Assembly: GCA_051362555.1 (NCBI GenBank)
Contig: CM120640.1
Location: 34,181,967 to 34,245,966 of the forward strand
Source: Lingula anatina
Lineage: Eukaryota; Animalia; Brachiopoda
Length of the DNA: 64,000 bases
Direction of reading: 5' to 3'
Made by a program: the position numbers and the translations under genes. The notes under the pieces are model-generated. The model worked only from the letters and a program-made list of their open reading frames with translations. It searched no databases and was not told where the DNA came from. Of the stretch, positions 59,642-64,000 are shown in pieces (the stretch's first letter is position 1; every line of letters begins with the position of its first letter).

Positions 59642-62600
59642 TCAAGATACTTTCTTCCCCATCCAGAACTTTGATTTGGGCTTCTGTTTGCCGGCAATGT
59701 CCCCTGCAGATCTTCTTAGTTTTCTTCTCTCTGCATGGTGTTCTATTGCCTCGCGCCTTTTATGCTTTTCTTTTTCATTCTAAAATTATAAGATGGACAT
59801 TATTCTTTATTTTCACTCACGTAAGTAAAAAGGTATTTTAATTCTTTTACCTATGTTTTACCTATGCATGATGATAAATTCAAGATTTACAATCATTGCA
59901 GATTATTCTTTGATGATACACAATTACCTTCTTGAGGGAGAACACCATTTCTCTGGCCCCTAGAGAGGATCCAACATGGCGAACAATACCACTTGAATCT
60001 TCATCTGCTACACGCTCTGCCAAAGATTTTCTGTAATGAAAGAGTACACAAAAACATCTGAATTATTCACATGATCCTTTCATAGACACTTACACAGCAA
60101 ACACTTCAAGGTTATCAAGTCTATAGTAAAATATTCCAATCTTGGTTTGTAATGAATAAAATCATTTGAATTATTTCTTCTTCAGACGTCTGAATAAAAA
60201 AATGATAAATTTTTATTTGCAAAATACATCTTTTGTTTCAAGGGGAAGATAAGAAAGTTTTCATGTTTTTCTGCAGAAAACAGTGCAAATACGATTATAC
60301 TGGAAATGCACTGTTAAGGTAAACTCTTACATTTATTGAAATTATGTAATCAACAGATTTCAAATAAGATGCAGCAGCAGGTACATCAACTCCAGATTAT
60401 CACCTAATTTTTCAATGAACTTACTTGCTCAATGTCTTCTTTTTTCTTTTGAAACTGTGAAATTCTTCTCCTTCTTTGATTTCATAGAATTTTGGTTTGA
60501 GCTCTCTTTCTTCTCGCTCTCTCTTTTTCTTTGCCCTTGCTTCTTCTGAGAGCTGTTTGTGTTGTTTTTTTAACTCCTTGGTCCAGGTGTGTTCATCGTC
60601 TGAACTGCTGTCCTCACTGCTTGGTCTGCCCTCCAACTCATTCTAAAGAAAAACAGACTGTAGTAATCTTTTCTTTTCTTTCTTTCTTTCTTATTATCTA
60701 TCTATCTGTCTGTCTACCTACCTATCTATCTATTTATTTACTGGTTATATTGGTAAGAAAATGTACTGCACGCATACTCCCTAGATGTAAAGATGAGTAA
60801 TGATTTATATAAATACGTACAGTCAGGTCATGTATCCATAGGGTGAAAATAAGTTATTTCAATCATGTTGTGCTAATAATTTATTGTCTCAGTCTTCTAA
60901 AAAACTACAATGCATAGAACCTTCAACAGGCTTTAGATTTTCAATTATTTAACATAATAGGTGCTAAATGACAAATAAGGCATGTTTTCATATATTAGTA
61001 AATTTAAAGAGGGAACTACAACAGAAAAATGTTTGAGCAAAGATGCAATAAAAATCAACCGGCATATAAATGCTAGCCAAACTTACATTTATTTCTTCAA
61101 ATTGCTGGGCAAGTCTCTCTTGTTTCTCTTGTCTTTTCCTTCTATCCTTTTCTAGCTTGGAGACCACAGGATTGAGCAGACGATATTCTTCACTCTCTGG
61201 ATCCACTTGGAAATCGGGATTGCTGAACATGGCGGCAAAACGTGAATCTCCAAGTAAGTTGAAAGTCTCTTTCTGCAAACACATAAACACATAACTCCAT
61301 TATTTGAGGTAAATATTCATAAAATTTCACTAATTCAGTGAATAATGTACACAATAAGAGATTTCATCTTTATACTACTGCTTATATGAAAATACACTGC
61401 ATATTACAAATCTACAAAATTTTATCCAAAATAAACAAGTTTTTAAATGATTTACGTTGTGGTACTTCTCCTTTATTCACCGTTTAAAAATGGGACTTAT
61501 TTAATAATTACTACCTTGTCCTTCTTTTTCCCAGATTTTTGCTGCTCTTCTTGCTCTTCCATCAACCTCTCAGCTAGATTTTTGTTGACTTTAGGTAATT
61601 TCTGGAAACAAAACAACAACAACAAACTTTGAAATAAATACACTCAATACACTAATAGGATTGAATTTCCGTATTCACTTTTTACTACTGCACTATAGAG
61701 AAATAGATACACATTTAAATATACTCAAAAACCCTACATACCTTGACTCTCACTCTGTTAGCTCTTGCTTCTTCAATCTTTTCCTTGATCTTATTCTTTC
61801 TATATTCAGAATAAGCAAACGGCTCCACTATAGATTTTGCCTATCAAAAGACAAGAGTCTAAGAGTTAAAAAAAAAACAAAGGATAAAACATGACAGCAC
61901 TTTGTTACATCGAGACAATCTTCTCATCAACTCTATCATACTATTACTTACTAAAGAAACCAATTCATGAGTGAAAAATAGTAAAGATTCACTTTTTTCT
62001 TCCAAGAGGATACTGGCAAATAGTTACATTAAATATTCAAGCAAACTATTTGTTAGGGAAATGTTACCTTGTGATATAACCTGATATCTATGAAGAAACC
62101 ATGCATGTAGGCCCTCAGTAAATTAGACCCAATCAAATGAGAGAGTCCCAGCTCATCAAGCTCTTGTCTAGTTAGGAATTTGTAGTCATCGTACACTGCA
62201 ACAGTTATAATTCAACACATGATCTTCACAATATTTCAATTAAATTATGTATTTGTTATAAGACAATTTTCATTTCCTGTCACTGATTTGGAGCTAATGA
62301 CGCTGGATGAATATTTCAATGGAAGTAAACATTTTTGTTTTTAAATGTCAGCTAAAATGATCTTTCTGGCAGTACTTTGTCACATACTACATAAATACAG
62401 GCCTTTAATTACCTTGAGGAGCGTCCGTTTCTTCTAACTCTTCCGTAAGATTGTCTAGGAAAGAGCACCACTTAGGTGCAGGGCCCAGTGACTGTATAAG
62501 TGATAATAATTGTATGCATTATTTTAATCATTTAAAGATCCAGTCAGAATTTATTCTCACACCAAAACTGCTCACTTCATCAGCATTCAAGACAAATTTT

Positions 62601-63380
62601 CCAGTCAAAATTTATTCTCACACCAGAACTGCCTGCTTCATCAGCATTCAAGACAAGATTTTTTGAGAAACATGTATGACAACAAATTTCTAGACCCGAT
62701 ACTTTTCAAAATTGCCATGAAACTTCCTGTTTATCTTTAAGTATGAGCAAATATGTTTGCAAAACTTCTGAATGTGACAAAAATATCACAAATATTTACA
62801 TAATCCAAAGTACAAATCTATTCACAATATCATATATAGTTTACTTACAGGTATGTAGTATGTGAGCACTTTAGGAGCCTCGTTGGCCATAAACAACAGC
62901 CCAGAGTCTGGGAAAACACACAGGTCATTCAGTTTCACACCAGGCTCAATGGAAGTAAAAGGTTTGCCCTGAAATTGCAAAATTAAATTATTACATTTGA
63001 TACCTTACCTTAAGAAAATAAATAAAGTCTTTTGCAGCACTTAAACCAATATAATAAATTATTCTAATTCAGAAAGTCATGTAAGTCTGAAAGGCATGTC
63101 AGTCTCACTGAATCATGAATAGTTTCAATCCAAAATATTTCATTAGAAATGGCAAATGACATTGAGTCCAGTTATCTTAAATGAGTGTTTCAACAACTGT
63201 GAATTGTTATGAAAATCTTGATTAACTTACAGTGTCTCTGTGCCAGAGTTTGAGAATTTTGCTGTCTATGGAGAGTACTACATCCAGGCCTTCGTGGAAA
63301 GCAATAGATTTAATAGGCAGGCCGTACTGGTGGTCCTTTACCAACAGGGGCTTGTCTGATCTTATATCATACAACAGGAT
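59642..63380 (-). CDS. NOL10: Nucleolar protein 10, 3' part (10 exons visible; 5' exons beyond window end)
   Basis: Motifs: [78 protein letters not shown] and the NUC153 motif DSRFAAMFSNPDFQVDPESEEYRLLNP. It ends HHAERRKLRRSAG...KKVS*. Confidence 0.95.
62541..62662. repeat. Two-copy 61-bp tandem repeat in a NOL10 intron
   Basis: aatttattctcacacca.aactgc...cttcatcagcattcaagacaa occurs twice. Confidence 0.85.
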
Positions 63381-64000
63381 CTGCAAAATACAATGGTAAA
63401 CATGGATGAATGGTGGTCTGTTTTTATTTGATGTTGTCATGACTGACAGCAGAGAATGAAATTTGAACTCACAGACATGGGCAACACATGGTGATTGAAA
63501 AATACTAGCAAGAAAAGGTTCATGTTGTTAATGACAAGAAAAAATGTATCTCTATTACATTAATGTATCTTTATAGTATCAATGATGTTTAAAGCACTAC
63601 TCATTGGTGGGTTCTAATTTTGAAAAGATACTCCAAATAGTCTAGTGCAATAAGAATCCACATAACTAAAGTGAGAGCAACAATGTTTCCTAAACCCACT
63701 CCATAAACAAAATATAACACCAAGACAAAATTAGCTTCAAAAAGTAAATGACATTAAACAAAATTATTTTAAATCTGACACACAAAACATAATCTGAACA
63801 TCAAAAATGACATCAATTTTTGTAAACTGACCCTGATCTCAAGTGGACAGAACATGTGCAGTTAATTTATTCAAAGTCTTGTGCCAAGCTTTTTTATCTA
63901 AGGCAGTTGAAAAGGGCAAATCTGGCCACTGAGGATCTAATAGTTATATATCAATCAATAATTAGATCAGTCCTAGAATATGCATGCCCTGTGTGGGGGC

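Noticed and set aside
1-64000. CRISPR arrays, rRNA, intact tRNA, prokaryotic operons or selenoprotein recoding
   Set aside because: No regularly spaced repeat-spacer array, no rRNA or intact cloverleaf, and no in-frame TGA in the conserved exons I read. The sequence is spliced eukaryotic DNA.

Overview
AT-rich, intron-containing animal genomic DNA. It is probably an invertebrate, likely a mollusc or other lophotrochozoan, inferred only from the repeat types. The window is a compact housekeeping-gene neighbourhood, in order: last exon of RPL36 (+), PTS (-), MSTO1 (+), a FAM169-family gene (-), GON4L (+), RNF145 (-), RNF139/TRC8 (+), USP14 (+) and the 3' half of NOL10 (-). Two intronless genes are nested antisense in introns: an orphan 601-codon membrane-protein ORF in MSTO1 intron 1 and a class A GPCR in a GON4L intron. 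Repeats include a two-copy MITE with 3-bp TSDs, a hAT-like MITE, a 614-bp element with perfect 77-bp TIRs and an 8-bp TSD, a mariner remnant, and SINE/LINE scraps. A decayed 3.7-kb Academ-like element contains Harbinger-Myb, SINE and DIRS-gag fragments. The leading candidates for new biology are the orphan nested ORF, the head-to-head RNF145/RNF139 paralog pair, the MSTO1-GON4L linkage and a tandem splice-donor array at the PTS active-site exon. Gene names come from recalled family motifs and exon boundaries were read by eye; no database search was run.
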